The notes under the pieces were generated by a model. The model searched no databases, was not told the origin of the DNA, and was given only the letters and a program-made list of their open reading frames with translations. Below, in pieces: positions 1 through 10,089 of a stretch of 64,000 nucleotides of DNA. Every line of letters begins with the position of its first letter. Positions within the stretch are counted from its first letter, which is position 1. The DNA is taken from the NCBI GenBank assembly GCA_963693365.1, contig CAVNZM010000008.1, positions 744,001 to 808,000 of the forward strand, in the 5' to 3' direction. This DNA is from Amoebidium appalachense. Taxonomy: Eukaryota > Protista > Ichthyosporea. The position numbers were made by a program, and so were the translations under genes.

Positions 1-247
1 TGTATGACGAGCTGAGAATATGTCAATAGATAACTTCGTTTCACCTGTGCGTACACCAACCCGAAAAAAAGTTGCACAGTAACTCGATTTCAAAAAACAA
101 GAAAAGAAAAGAAAAGAAAAACGGTCTTCAACCGACATTCGGCAGGTAGTGTAATAGAAAAAACCCTGCTGACACCGACACTCGAACAAATATGTAGATA
201 AGGTGGTTCGGAACCCATGCACAGTTTGTTGCAACAAAGCACAGCGT

Positions 248-982
248 TCATCGTTTTGTGTCCTGTGTCACCTTTGCCCCCTCTCTTCTCCACCCTGCTC
301 TCAGCAACTCCTTTGCCATTTCTCTGGACTGCTTCAGTGCCGCCTCAACCTCTCTGGGGGTCAGTTTTGTGACCTGTATGGCGCCGTCCTCCTCATCGTC
401 CAGCTCCCACCTCTCACCACCAACCAGCTGGTCAGTATGGCTGATCGACACGTGCACACGGTAGCGAAACCTGAATGCCGGATATATATCAGTGTCTGAG
501 TGGTTTGTACATACACATCTATTACACATAATTCTGGCATTTCTTTTCAAACAGTCTCCCTGATGCAGCCTTCCCGGACTGGTGCAACAAGAGTGAGGCA
601 CCGGATTAGCGAAAGGACATAGGCTTTTCCTCTCTCGAAAGTAAACCGTACGTACTTGTTTCAACTACCAGCGGTTCTCGGAGAAATTCGTATGCACCAC
701 GGAATAGATCAACAGGGGGCGCATAGTGAAAAATAAAACAAAATAAAAAAGCAGCGAGATGGGCCGCTCGTTAGGCTAATAGGTTGCTCAGTGTTTTAAT
801 GTAGCACTCACTATTCACGGTGTGCGCAGTACAGCTATAGAGGTGGGCTCATACCTGGAGGCTAACAGATGTGGCGAGGCCAAGTCCTGGTGCAGATACA
901 AATAGGCTATGGCCGTGCAGGCAAGAAGCAGCAGAATGGTCAGCGCTGTGCATGGCTCCGCATTCTTCGCTTGTTTCGGCAT
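248..982 (-). CDS. Small two-exon hypothetical protein with N-terminal signal anchor (exons 982-855 and 470-248, 116 aa)
   Basis: ATG at 982 gives MPKQAKNAEPCTALTILLLLACTAIAYLYLHQDLASPHLLAS. The donor CAG|GTATGA at 855/854 and acceptor CATTCAG| at 471/470 join in phase (AG|G=R) to FRYRVHVSISH...QDTKR*. No recognisable family. Confidence 0.5.
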
Positions 983-1537
983 GGTCACAGTCACGAATAG
1001 TCCTTAAGAACTTGGCCGAAATGCTTTTCTTCAGTGAGCTGGCAGTTGGAATAAATGAACCATAACGCACAGATGGTGTGAACTGCTATTGGGTGTTAGC
1101 AAAGGAAAGAAGTACTTTTTCGATGCCAATCAATTTGTCCCTGCACATGAAGAAAGCTTTTGGTCCGAAAAAATACGAGTTCAAGTGCTTGAAGTGCTCG
1201 CAACAACCGCCTGAGTCAAACATACGTGTGAGGCCCTAGGGTTTTAAGAATCCTGGCTGATGAGCACCACAACTAAGTCACAATGTGGTTGTTTTCTACC
1301 CCAAACTAACATATAACCTGTACATGTATAAGCACCCCAACGTTTTCTTGTTTGTGACCCTTTTGCCTGGGTTTTGGCACTCTGGCACAATGACTGAGTT
1401 GACTCGGAAGGGCCCTGACACCGATTGTACAAGGAAAAATGAAAACGCGTCGGATCGGATTGGACACAGTTTACAGAGGTGTGCAGAGGTGAATCATAAA
1501 GTTGCTCAGGTGATCCAAAGATTTTCACCCATAAATA

Positions 1538-1539
<2 letters not shown>

Positions 1540-1607
<68 letters not shown>

Positions 1608-1610
1608 TAT
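1540..1610. repeat. (AT)n microsatellite
   Basis: Direct reading. Confidence 0.95.
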
Positions 1611-1857
1611 TAGAGCTGTCAATTTGTGCAAAACAGCATATATAAAAAACTTTCAATTTCTTTTACTAATAAAATTTTAGCTTGTTGCAGTTTGTTTATG
1701 GTATACTCAAGGTGAGCCTGTAGAGGTGTTTTTGAGAACATCCTACCCAACTCGGCGTGAATGTGTCAGCAGCGCTTATGATTCGTTTATCAGCATGAAA
1801 ATGTCCTTGATTGGTTCAATATTTACGTCGAACATTTTGCAGAACGCATGCGCAGAG

Positions 1858-2070
1858 TGCCTAAGCTAGTGGTACATGGGACTAAGGAACAAGAGGGAAA
1901 AAGGGGAACGAGGCACTTAGTGTGTGAGGGACGGTGACGGGACTCACACAGAGCTGCTGAGAGTCTGTATTGGGCCTGTGCTTGTGAGCGATGGCCAATC
2001 TGGCTGCCGTGAGCCGGGTGCGCCTGCCTATACCCCAGTGCGGGCGAGGTCACGTGATCTCGCTCGGGCA
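1858..2070 (-). repeat. 3' LTR (213 bp)
   Basis: Identical to 11595-11797 apart from 10 extra bp (cgtgatctcg, 2053-2062). Preceded on the - strand by the short purine tract GGGGGGAA (2071-2078). Confidence 0.95.
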
Positions 2071-2997
2071 TTCCCCCCGGGGGGAGTTGAGCTCGTCCCG
2101 AGCTCAAACCAGGAGGAAAAAAAAGGGCGGCTAACAGAGTGACCAGCACCCAGGGTATAAGGCAGCACCGAAAGTGGCAGTTATGTACAGGCATACTAGA
2201 ATACAGACATGTGGCAGATATTATGAGGTCTAGCGATAGCTTAAAGGCTATGTGCTATAATTTAAGCAAGCCTATTGAAGCTAATTTAGAGACCTATGCT
2301 AGGGCTAGCTATATATGAAAGAAAAATTGGATATGATGCTCTAGCTAGCGGCTAAAGCACAAGTAGCTAAGATGCTACTAAAGAACGTGCTAAAAGTAAG
2401 TTAGCGTTATTTAATAAAGCTTCATGCATAGTAATATTTACAGGCACGCATTCATGCATAAAAAATGTGCAAACGAATTTTTTTATTTTTTATTTTTTTT
2501 TTATTGTTTTTTATTCGAAAATATAGTGTGTGTGTATGTGTGTGTGTGTGTGTGTGTGTGAGGGGAGCAGCTCGAGTGAGTAGCCAGGTTGGTACAGTGG
2601 TGGCCTTGCGAGATAGGATGCTCGCCTCGTGCACGTGGAAGTAGGCCTAGAAGGCGGTGGCGGGAGGGGGGGGGGGGGGGGGAGAGGGGGGGGGAAAGGG
2701 GGGGGGGGGGGGGGGGGGGAATGGGAGGCGGGGAAGGGTGACAGGAAATGAGGGGAAAAAGCCTAGCGTTTCGAGCGGCTCGAGTGAGTAGCCAACTCAG
2801 AAGGAGGTGGCCTTGCGAGGTAAGGCGCTCGGAAAAGAGAGGAGTGTGTAATAAATAAATATGTGTTCATTCATTTTTTTTTTTATTTTTTTAAAAATGG
2901 GTTGGGGACAGTAGGTATTGGGTGCCTACTGGTTACCAGGGAGGGGGGGAGGGGGATGGGGGAATGGGGGGGGGGGGGGGGGGGGGGGGGAATCTTT

Positions 2998-4349
2998 TTA
3001 TATTTCGATCATGCGGTCATCCGGAAACCATGCGGGTTGACCGTTATAATCAGCGGCCAAGTAGTACAATCGGCCGTCAGGTGCATATGCCCATCCGGGG
3101 GAGATCCACGTAAACGATAGTGGGGCGTGGATATGCGGGTAGGGTGCCAAATTGGGCATATGGGAGTCCGGGTATGTATTTTGAGGGAGAACGCAAGTGA
3201 TGTGGTGAGGAGGCGGGGGGGAAGGGGGGGGTAGTGGGGGTGGAGGGGGAGCGGGCTGCGTAGGTACGGCTAGGCCGGGGAGGGGAAGTCGGAGAGTGGG
3301 TAGAATGGGTGGCTGGGCAGGCATAGCTTGAGGCATGGGGGAGGGAGGGGGAGGGGGTTGTGGAAGATGTTGTGGAGGGGCGGGGTGAGGTTGAAGTTGA
3401 GGGGGAGGGGAGGCGGGGGGAGGGGGCGTGCGGGAAGGTGGGGGTGGAGGGGGGGGGTGCCTGAACCACGAATTCTGCATCCTCAGGAAGATCTTCTTCC
3501 GCAAGTGGGTGTTGCCCAGGTGCGGGGGGATCTTGTGGTTGTGGGAGTGGTGGAAAGGGTAGGATAGCATCGTCCAAGGGGCGGTCATCTCGGTTGAGAA
3601 ATGGTTTTAACCGATCGTGATGAACCGGATTTTTCATAAATGTACCGCGTGGGGTGACAAGTTGGTACAGTTCAGCATTGCCAGGGATGCGATGGGCAAT
3701 ACGGTATGGACCTTGCCACATGTGGAGTAATTTACCAGTGCGGTAGCGTTGGGTTACTGGTGTGTGCACCCACACTTGTTGGCCAGGTGTATATATGCGC
3801 ACGCTATTGAGAGTGAGCATCATCATATTGCTTTTGCTTTGCTCTCGCTTGACGTAAAGTCTCCTGTGCGGCCAATCGCGCATCCTGCAAGCGGTGTACA
3901 AGTTGTTGGGTGTACACATTTTCAGGGAGATGGGCACGTGTGGGGTGCTCAAATTCCAGATCAACGGGAAGTCTGGGGTCAATACCAAAAAGGAGGTAAA
4001 AGGGGGAATTGCCTCTGCTGGCATTGAGGGAGGAGCGCAACGCAAAAAGTGCGGTGGGTAGATAAATATCCCAGTCCTGGTGGTGGGAGGAGACGTACAT
4101 GCGCAGGACACGGATAATATCCATATTTGCCTTTTCCACCAAACCATTGGACGAGTGGTGGTACGGTGGGGTAACGATGCGATCTATGCCTAGTAGGCGG
4201 CATACATCGGACATAAGTTTGCCGGTGAAGTTATTTTCGGCGTCTACAATCACACGGCGGGGAAGGGAATAGCGGCAGAATATTTCATCGGACCACGAGT
4301 GTGCGTGCGATGGTGTCTGCCTTTTTATCCGGGATTGGGAAAGCTTCAA
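2998..4349 (-). CDS. pol: integrase catalytic core, GPY/F motif and Pro-rich C-terminal tail (frameshifted pieces)
   Basis: IVDAENNFTG, TPPYHHSSNGLVEKAN, SPFYLLFG, KLLHMWQGPYRI, VHHDRLKPF, spread over three frames. Confidence 0.9.
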
Positions 4350-5850
4350 TCCAATTGGTTAAATTGTCAACAACAACGAGAATATATTTATTGCCGTTGA
4401 AAGAAGGAATCAGTTTAGTGAGAAGGTCAACTGATATCTCCTCGAATGGTTGTGCTGGTAAGCGGGAGGAATATTGGGAACGGGCCAATCCGTGGTGAGG
4501 ATCGTGGCCGGCGTGGCAGGTTGTGCATGATGCAACATAGTGGTGTATGTCGCTGTACATGGTCGGCCAATAGAAACGCTCGCGTATTTTCTGATAGGTT
4601 TTAGAAAATCCTAAGTGGCCACCAAGTACGCTATCATGGCAGGCTTCAAGTATTTTACGTTTGAAACCGCGTGGTACCACAATTTGAAAGCTTGGTCCAT
4701 GTGCTTGAGCACCCGGTCGGGTGGGTACAAAGACATGGTACAGGGTGTTGTTGTGCACGGTATAAGCGTCACGTTCAAGCACGAGACGGCGTGCGAGTTT
4801 ATCATCCTCTGGTAGGATATTGTGCACCAAATAATCTATAATGGGGCGCACATCAGGGTCTGCGAGCTGTGCTTGTTGTAGCTCGTTTGGCTTAATGGTT
4901 TCGAAATTGGGAACAATCGCGGAGACAAAGGGAGAGGATTGGTGGGGGGAAGAGGGGGAGGAGGGGTTGGGGGAGGAGAGGAAAATCGAAGGATCGGGTG
5001 GGGGAGGGGTAGGGAAGGAGTTGGGGAGGGGCCATGTGACGGAATGGTCATGCAGGGAAGAGTGGGGTGGGGGGGCGGCGGGGGGAGGAGGAGAGGAGGA
5101 GGGGGGTACGAGGGGGGCAGACACGAGAGGGACAGCGGGGGGAAACTGCGCCTGCCTGGACAGTGCGTCTGGGACCACGTGAAGCTTGCCGGGCCTATGT
5201 ACAATATCAAAATCGTATTCAGACAGCTGTAACGCCCAGCGGGCTAGACGGCCAGTCAGCTGCTCTGTCACATGCTCCTTGATCATGAGGAACTGTAAAG
5301 CACTGTGGTCGGTAATCATAATAAAGCGATTACCGTAGACATAGGGGCGGAATTGCTGCACGGCATACACACATGCAAGTGCTTCCAATTCTGTGGGTGC
5401 ATAATTTTTTTCAGCGCCATGTAGTGCGCGGCTTGCGTATGCAATGGGGTGTTCGTCAGCGTTATCACCCATTTGATAGAGCACGGCACCCAGGCCGCGG
5501 GTGGAACCATCACATGCAATGTAGAATGGTTTAGAAAAATCGGGGTGGTGGACAACGGGGTCGCTAAGAAGCAACTGCTTAAGTTGTTCAAATGCGGCAG
5601 TGTGCTCTTCTGTCCAACGCCATTCAGCACCAATGAGGGTGAGATCACGTAGTGGTTTTGCGATGGCGCTAAAATCTTTGCAAAAGCGGCGATAGTGGCC
5701 CGCAAATCCGAGGAAAGATAAAATTTCCTTTGGATTTTGTGGGGGGATCCAATCACGAACGGCCTGTAATTTTTTGGGTTCAACACCGTGACGTATGCCT
5801 TTTGCAGATATGAGGTGGCCGAGGTAAACGGCTTCAGTCTGGGACTGCAA
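4285..5850 (-). CDS. pol: RT connection, RNase H, integrase HHCC zinc finger and start of the core (frameshifted from RT)
   Basis: FLGFAGHYRRF, ACDGSTRGLGAVL, NYAPTELEALA, TDHSAL, RLARW, HDSVLGGHLG...CTTC, PFEEISVDLL, YILVVVDNLT. Confidence 0.95.
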   Translation of the reverse strand: MQSQTEAVYLGHLISAKGIRHGVEPKKLQAVRDWIPPQNPKEILSFLGFAGHYRRFCKDFSAIAKPLRDLTLIGAEWRWTEEHTAAFEQLKQLLLSDPVVHHPDFSKPFYIACDGSTRGLGAVLYQMGDNADEHPIAYASRALHGAEKNYAPTELEALACVYAVQQFRPYVYGNRFIMITDHSALQFLMIKEHVTEQLTGRLARWALQLSEYDFDIVHRPGKLHVVPDALSRQAQFPPAVPLVSAPLVPPSSSPPPPAAPPPHSSLHDHSVTWPLPNSFPTPPPPDPSIFLSSPNPSSPSSPHQSSPFVSAIVPNFETIKPNELQQAQLADPDVRPIIDYLVHNILPEDDKLARRLVLERDAYTVHNNTLYHVFVPTRPGAQAHGPSFQIVVPRGFKRKILEACHDSVLGGHLGFSKTYQKIRERFYWPTMYSDIHHYVASCTTCHAGHDPHHGLARSQYSSRLPAQPFEEISVDLLTKLIPSFNGNKYILVVVDNLTNWIEAFPIPDKKADTIARTLVVR

Positions 5851-7333
5851 ATGAGCATTTGGTCATATTCAGGCGTACGCCGTTTTCAAGTAGGCGCTTG
5901 AATACGATTTCAAGATGGCCTAAATGTTCATCAAAATTTTTGCTGTATATCAAAATGTCGTCCAAATAAACGGTTACGAAATTCCAAGTTAGGCCGTGTA
6001 GCACGAAATTCATCATGCGTTGATAATCAGCGGGTGCATTTTTTAACCCAAAAGGCATGGCGACAAATTCAAAGTGGCCATCAGGTACTGTGAATGCGGT
6101 AACGGGTGCTGAATCAGGGTGCATCAGCACTTGCCAATATCCCGATTTTGCGTCACATAACGTAAAGACAGATGCGCCGCGTATAGCGTCAAGTGAGTCA
6201 TCTACGCGGGGCATGTGGTAGAGGGTTTTTAAAGTGATTCGATTGGCTGCCCTCGCGTCAAAGCAAAAACGAATTGTGCCATTTTTCTTCTTAACCAATA
6301 CGATTGGGTTGTTATAAAGACTTCGAGATTCGCGTATAACTCCTTTCTCAAGCATATCCTTGACTTCTTTGGATATAACTTGGCGTTCGGTTTCTGAATA
6401 GCGTCGTGTTTTGCATGACACCGGTTTTGAATCCGTGAGTGTGATGTAGTGGTAGTGATTGGTGGCTTTGGTCATTGAGCCAATCACATCGCTGTTTGTA
6501 AGTTCTTGGTATTTTTTTAAGAGAGCGAGCATGCGATCTTGTTGATCGGGGGATAAATGTGATAAGTGGGTATCCCGTAGTTCTTCTATGTCTTTTTCAG
6601 TCATTGTTTTTGAAGGTTCAGGAGCAACACTATCATTAATGCCCTCATAATCAAAAGTTTGATCATAAGTGGGATCATGCGACTTGGCAGCCGGAGGGGG
6701 CTGGGGGGGTTCTTCAGAATCCGCTATGCGTGCACGTTTGTTGGGGGGTTGCAGGGCAGCCACCAAGTGCGGTGCTTGTGCGGCGGAACGTGCACGTGTA
6801 GAGTGGGATAAAGCAGCTTGGTGTGCGTATATCTCTTGCACAAGCGTGTTTTCCATATTGTTTTTGAGGTTATGGGGGTCTATCGTAATTTCGATATCTG
6901 GGCACGGAGCAGTGTATGCAATATGTCCGACAGTGCATACGGCAATAACCGAGGTTTTGTGTAACTTGATGGGGTGATTGGTTAAGTTCATCACGTGCAA
7001 GTAACATTTCTGGTCGGGGAGTAAATCAACTAGGTGGTACCCAACGTCAAGACCATCCAATTTGCGCAAGTGTTTGGGGTCTCTACTTGGGGAAATTTCA
7101 GCAAGTTCGTAAAAGTGCTGTTTTTGTAAGCCTGGGATATAGCAGGGGAGATCATATGCCGTGTGAGGTGGCATTAAAAAATTATCAGCACACCGCACAT
7201 AATATGTGGTTTCTGGTGTGGAGGGCGAAAGGGGATTTTGATTGGCGGCCGAGATAGCGGCCGAAATCGCTTGAGCAGGAAAGATATAGGCATGAGGGGG
7301 TGGCCTATAGTACCATTCGGCGGTACGTGACAA
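5834..7333 (-). CDS. pol: degenerate dUTPase-like spacer plus reverse transcriptase
   Basis: SLYNNPIVLVKKKNGTIRFCFDAR, DAKSGYWQV, MPFGLKNAPADYQR, VYLDDILIYS. Upstream FLMPPHTAY...VGYHLV...HVMNLTNHPIKLHKTSVIA resembles the dUTPase-fold spacer of many Gypsy elements. Confidence 0.95.
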   Translation of the reverse strand: MSRTAEWYYRPPPHAYIFPAQAISAAISAANQNPLSPSTPETTYYVRCADNFLMPPHTAYDLPCYIPGLQKQHFYELAEISPSRDPKHLRKLDGLDVGYHLVDLLPDQKCYLHVMNLTNHPIKLHKTSVIAVCTVGHIAYTAPCPDIEITIDPHNLKNNMENTLVQEIYAHQAALSHSTRARSAAQAPHLVAALQPPNKRARIADSEEPPQPPPAAKSHDPTYDQTFDYEGINDSVAPEPSKTMTEKDIEELRDTHLSHLSPDQQDRMLALLKKYQELTNSDVIGSMTKATNHYHYITLTDSKPVSCKTRRYSETERQVISKEVKDMLEKGVIRESRSLYNNPIVLVKKKNGTIRFCFDARAANRITLKTLYHMPRVDDSLDAIRGASVFTLCDAKSGYWQVLMHPDSAPVTAFTVPDGHFEFVAMPFGLKNAPADYQRMMNFVLHGLTWNFVTVYLDDILIYSKNFDEHLGHLEIVFKRLLENGVRLNMTKCSFAVPD

Positions 7334-8559
7334 AGGCTTAGCAGAGGGGGGTGAGAAAAAGAAGGAGGGAGGGGGGAAGGGGAAGGGGAAGGGGCGGTAT
7401 GAGGGATAGGGGGGTGTGAGGGGCCAAGGGGAGTTGGGAATGGATTCGAGGGTTTAGGGGGAACAGCGGGTTCGGGGGGTCGGTTGAGTAGAGGTTGAAA
7501 ACGGAGGTGGTATGTGTGTGGGGGTGGGTGGGAAAGGGGTGTTTGTGGGTGAGGGAGTGGGTGGGGGAAAGGCGGAAGGATGGGGGGGGGGCAGGCGAGA
7601 GAGTCTGACGGGGGTTTAGGGGGATTCGATTGGAAAGAGGGACTTTGGTGGGTAGTCGCAAGTCCGCAGCGCGATCGGGGGGGGTTGGTGGGGGCAGGGA
7701 AGGGTGGGGGGGGTGGTTGGGGTGGCGGATTGACGTGGATGGAGGGTGGATGGGGGTGGGGGGGAGGGGGGTCGCGCTGTGAACTAGGGGTTATTATGTC
7801 GGTCGGCGGTAGTGGTGTTGGGTCGCTGAGAGTGAATGGCAAACCACTAACACCCATAGGGAGCCAAACGCTAGACTTATCGGAGGCGCGGCTGTAAACA
7901 AAGCCAGTGACACAGCCTACTATGGTGGGTGGGGCGGCGGTGGGCGGGCGGGGGGTTGTGGGAGTGTGTGTCACGGTGTGGGGGGATGGGGGGTTGGGGG
8001 GTGAGGGGAAGGGGGGGTAGGGAAGGATGGAGGAAAGGGGAAGGGGGAATTTGAGATACATCAGCCGCAGACGGGTCAATTTGCATTGGACAAAAGGAAT
8101 TTTCATTAACATCAGCCTGAGGAGGCCGCTGGCCATCCTGGAACGAATTTTCGGAATTTGCATTGAGAGAGATATTACATGAGGCTAGATATTTAGAAGT
8201 CCATGACAGTGCGGCGCCCGAGGACAGCGATGCAGAGGGTAATGCAGAAGCAGGCACAGCGGGGAGGCCTTGTTCAGGCCGCGGTAGGAGAGGAAGACGG
8301 GGGTGGAAAATGAGTTGGTGGGGGTGGGTGGAAAGGGTGGAGGGCGAGAGGGAGGGAGGGGGTGGGGGTGGGGGTGGGGGGGGTTGGGTGGAGGGAGGGG
8401 AGGGGGAGTATGTGTGAGTAATGAGGCAGCCAATGGTAAAGGTGGCGATAGCTTGTGTGGCAGTACGTTTAACTGACATAGTTGGGGGGTGGTGGTGTGC
8501 GGTGGGGACAGTATCCACTGTGCAGGGAAGCTCATGCCAGCCAAGGCTGGGGTTACCAA

Positions 8560-8940
8560 TCATAAGTGTGCGCCAGTCAAGGAGAGCAGTGTGCACACCG
8601 GCATGCAAAAGTGTGGCCCAGTAATCCATGCCCAAAATGACAGGTAGGGCAAGGGAGGGAGTCACATGCACGCGTATCTTACGCCTGATGTGTGCAATTT
8701 GAATAGTGAGGGCGGTGGTGCCAAGCAGGTCAATAGACAAGTTATTTGCACCAACGGCACGATCAGAATGCCCAGACTGAGTGTGCAAAGTGAGAAGCGG
8801 GAGTTTCTTGTGCGAACGGGCATCATTGAGTTGATCAAATACAGAGCGAGAAATAATGGTTATGTAACTGCCAGTGTCAGCGCACACTTCGAAATCTTTC
8901 CCATCAAGGGTAGCGGGAAGATGGAGGGCTTGTGCGGTAT
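8560..8940 (-). CDS. Retroviral-type aspartic protease domain of pol
   Basis: ATLDGKDFEVCADTGSYITIISRSVF...AVGANN...PVILGMDYW: D-T-G catalytic motif and ILGxD motif. Confidence 0.9.
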
Positions 8941-8952
8941 AGTCAGTGTCAG

Positions 8953-10089
8953 TCAGACCGAGAGTGGGTAGGGGAAGTGGAGAGAATGCGGAAGGGGAGA
9001 CGAAGAGTTGGGAGACCTGTGGGGGAACGAAGGGTAGAATGAATGAGGGAGCTGGGGGGGAGGGGAGTGGATTGGAAGGGGGTGGGGAGAGAGGGGCGGG
9101 AAGCAGGGGGGGAGGGGGGGAGAGGGTTGGGTGGGGGGACGGAGGAAACAAGCGGGAAGTGCAATCTTACGCTTGCGAGGTAACCAGCGACCATTGCGGT
9201 ATCGGTCGGCGTCAGCCCCATGTGTATCAGGGGTGACGGCAAACACTACCGGTTGCGGTCGAGCAGGGGAAGGTTGGGATTGCGGTACAGATGCAAGCGT
9301 ACCGGAGTGCACCCTTAAAGCTTATGCCGACCTTAAGAGTGTGGGTTTTGTGCACACGGCGGGCATTGAGGGTGGGGTCGGTGGGGGGGGAGGGGGTGGT
9401 TGTGGTGGCCGGTAGGCCGGGCGGGCAGGGGAAGTGGGATTGGAGGGAGGGGGAATGTGAGGGACAGCGGCACGGGGTTGAGGGGATGTGGGGGAGACGG
9501 GGGCGTGGGTGGTGTGAGGGATAGCGGCACGGGGATGGGTGAGTGGGGAGGCGGCCGGGCGCAGGAAGGCCGAAAGAGCAGGTGCAGGGGCCTGCATTGG
9601 AGAGGCGAGAGAGGGCATTTTGTCGCTTAGGGATGCAACAGAAGCGGCAAAACGAAGGGTTTGTGCCAGTGCAGGCGTAGGTAGGGGGAGACGAATGCCT
9701 ACGCGGGGGCACAGGGGGGGAAGCTGGCTCGGGGGACGGGGGAAGCGAGCCAGGCGGTTCCTCAGCTTGAGCAATGGGACGTTGCTCGCTTTGAGGGGGG
9801 AAGGGGGAATCGTACCATTGGGGTAGTACACGTAGTAGCCAACAGGGGGAGGGTACTGGGCCGCCGGAGGGGGAGGAGGGGGGTCTTGAGGAGCTGCGCG
9901 ACCTTGACGGTTGGCGCGATAGTGGGGGCAGCCCCGGAAGTTGGCGGAGTGGGTGGTGTAGCGGTTGTTGGCGGCGTCCCAATGTGGGCGGCCGTGGCAG
10001 TCTGCACGGCGGTGGGGGCACCAGGAGCCGGGCGGGACGTTGGGGGCGGGCGGTAGTTGCTGCGGGGCGGCGGCTAGCTGGGCAGCCAT
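8953..10089 (-). CDS. Retrotransposon ORF1 (gag position): Pro-rich, with a Cys/His cluster; in-frame TAA at 9322-9324
   Basis: MAAQLAAAPQQ...WCPHRRADCHGRPHW...HSANFRGCPHY. ORFs 9322..10176 and 8953..9312 share a frame. No capsid motif recognised. Confidence 0.5.

Noticed and set aside
1234-1245. Telomere-like ccctagggtttt (also near 14065)
   Set aside because: Isolated single motifs, not arrays.
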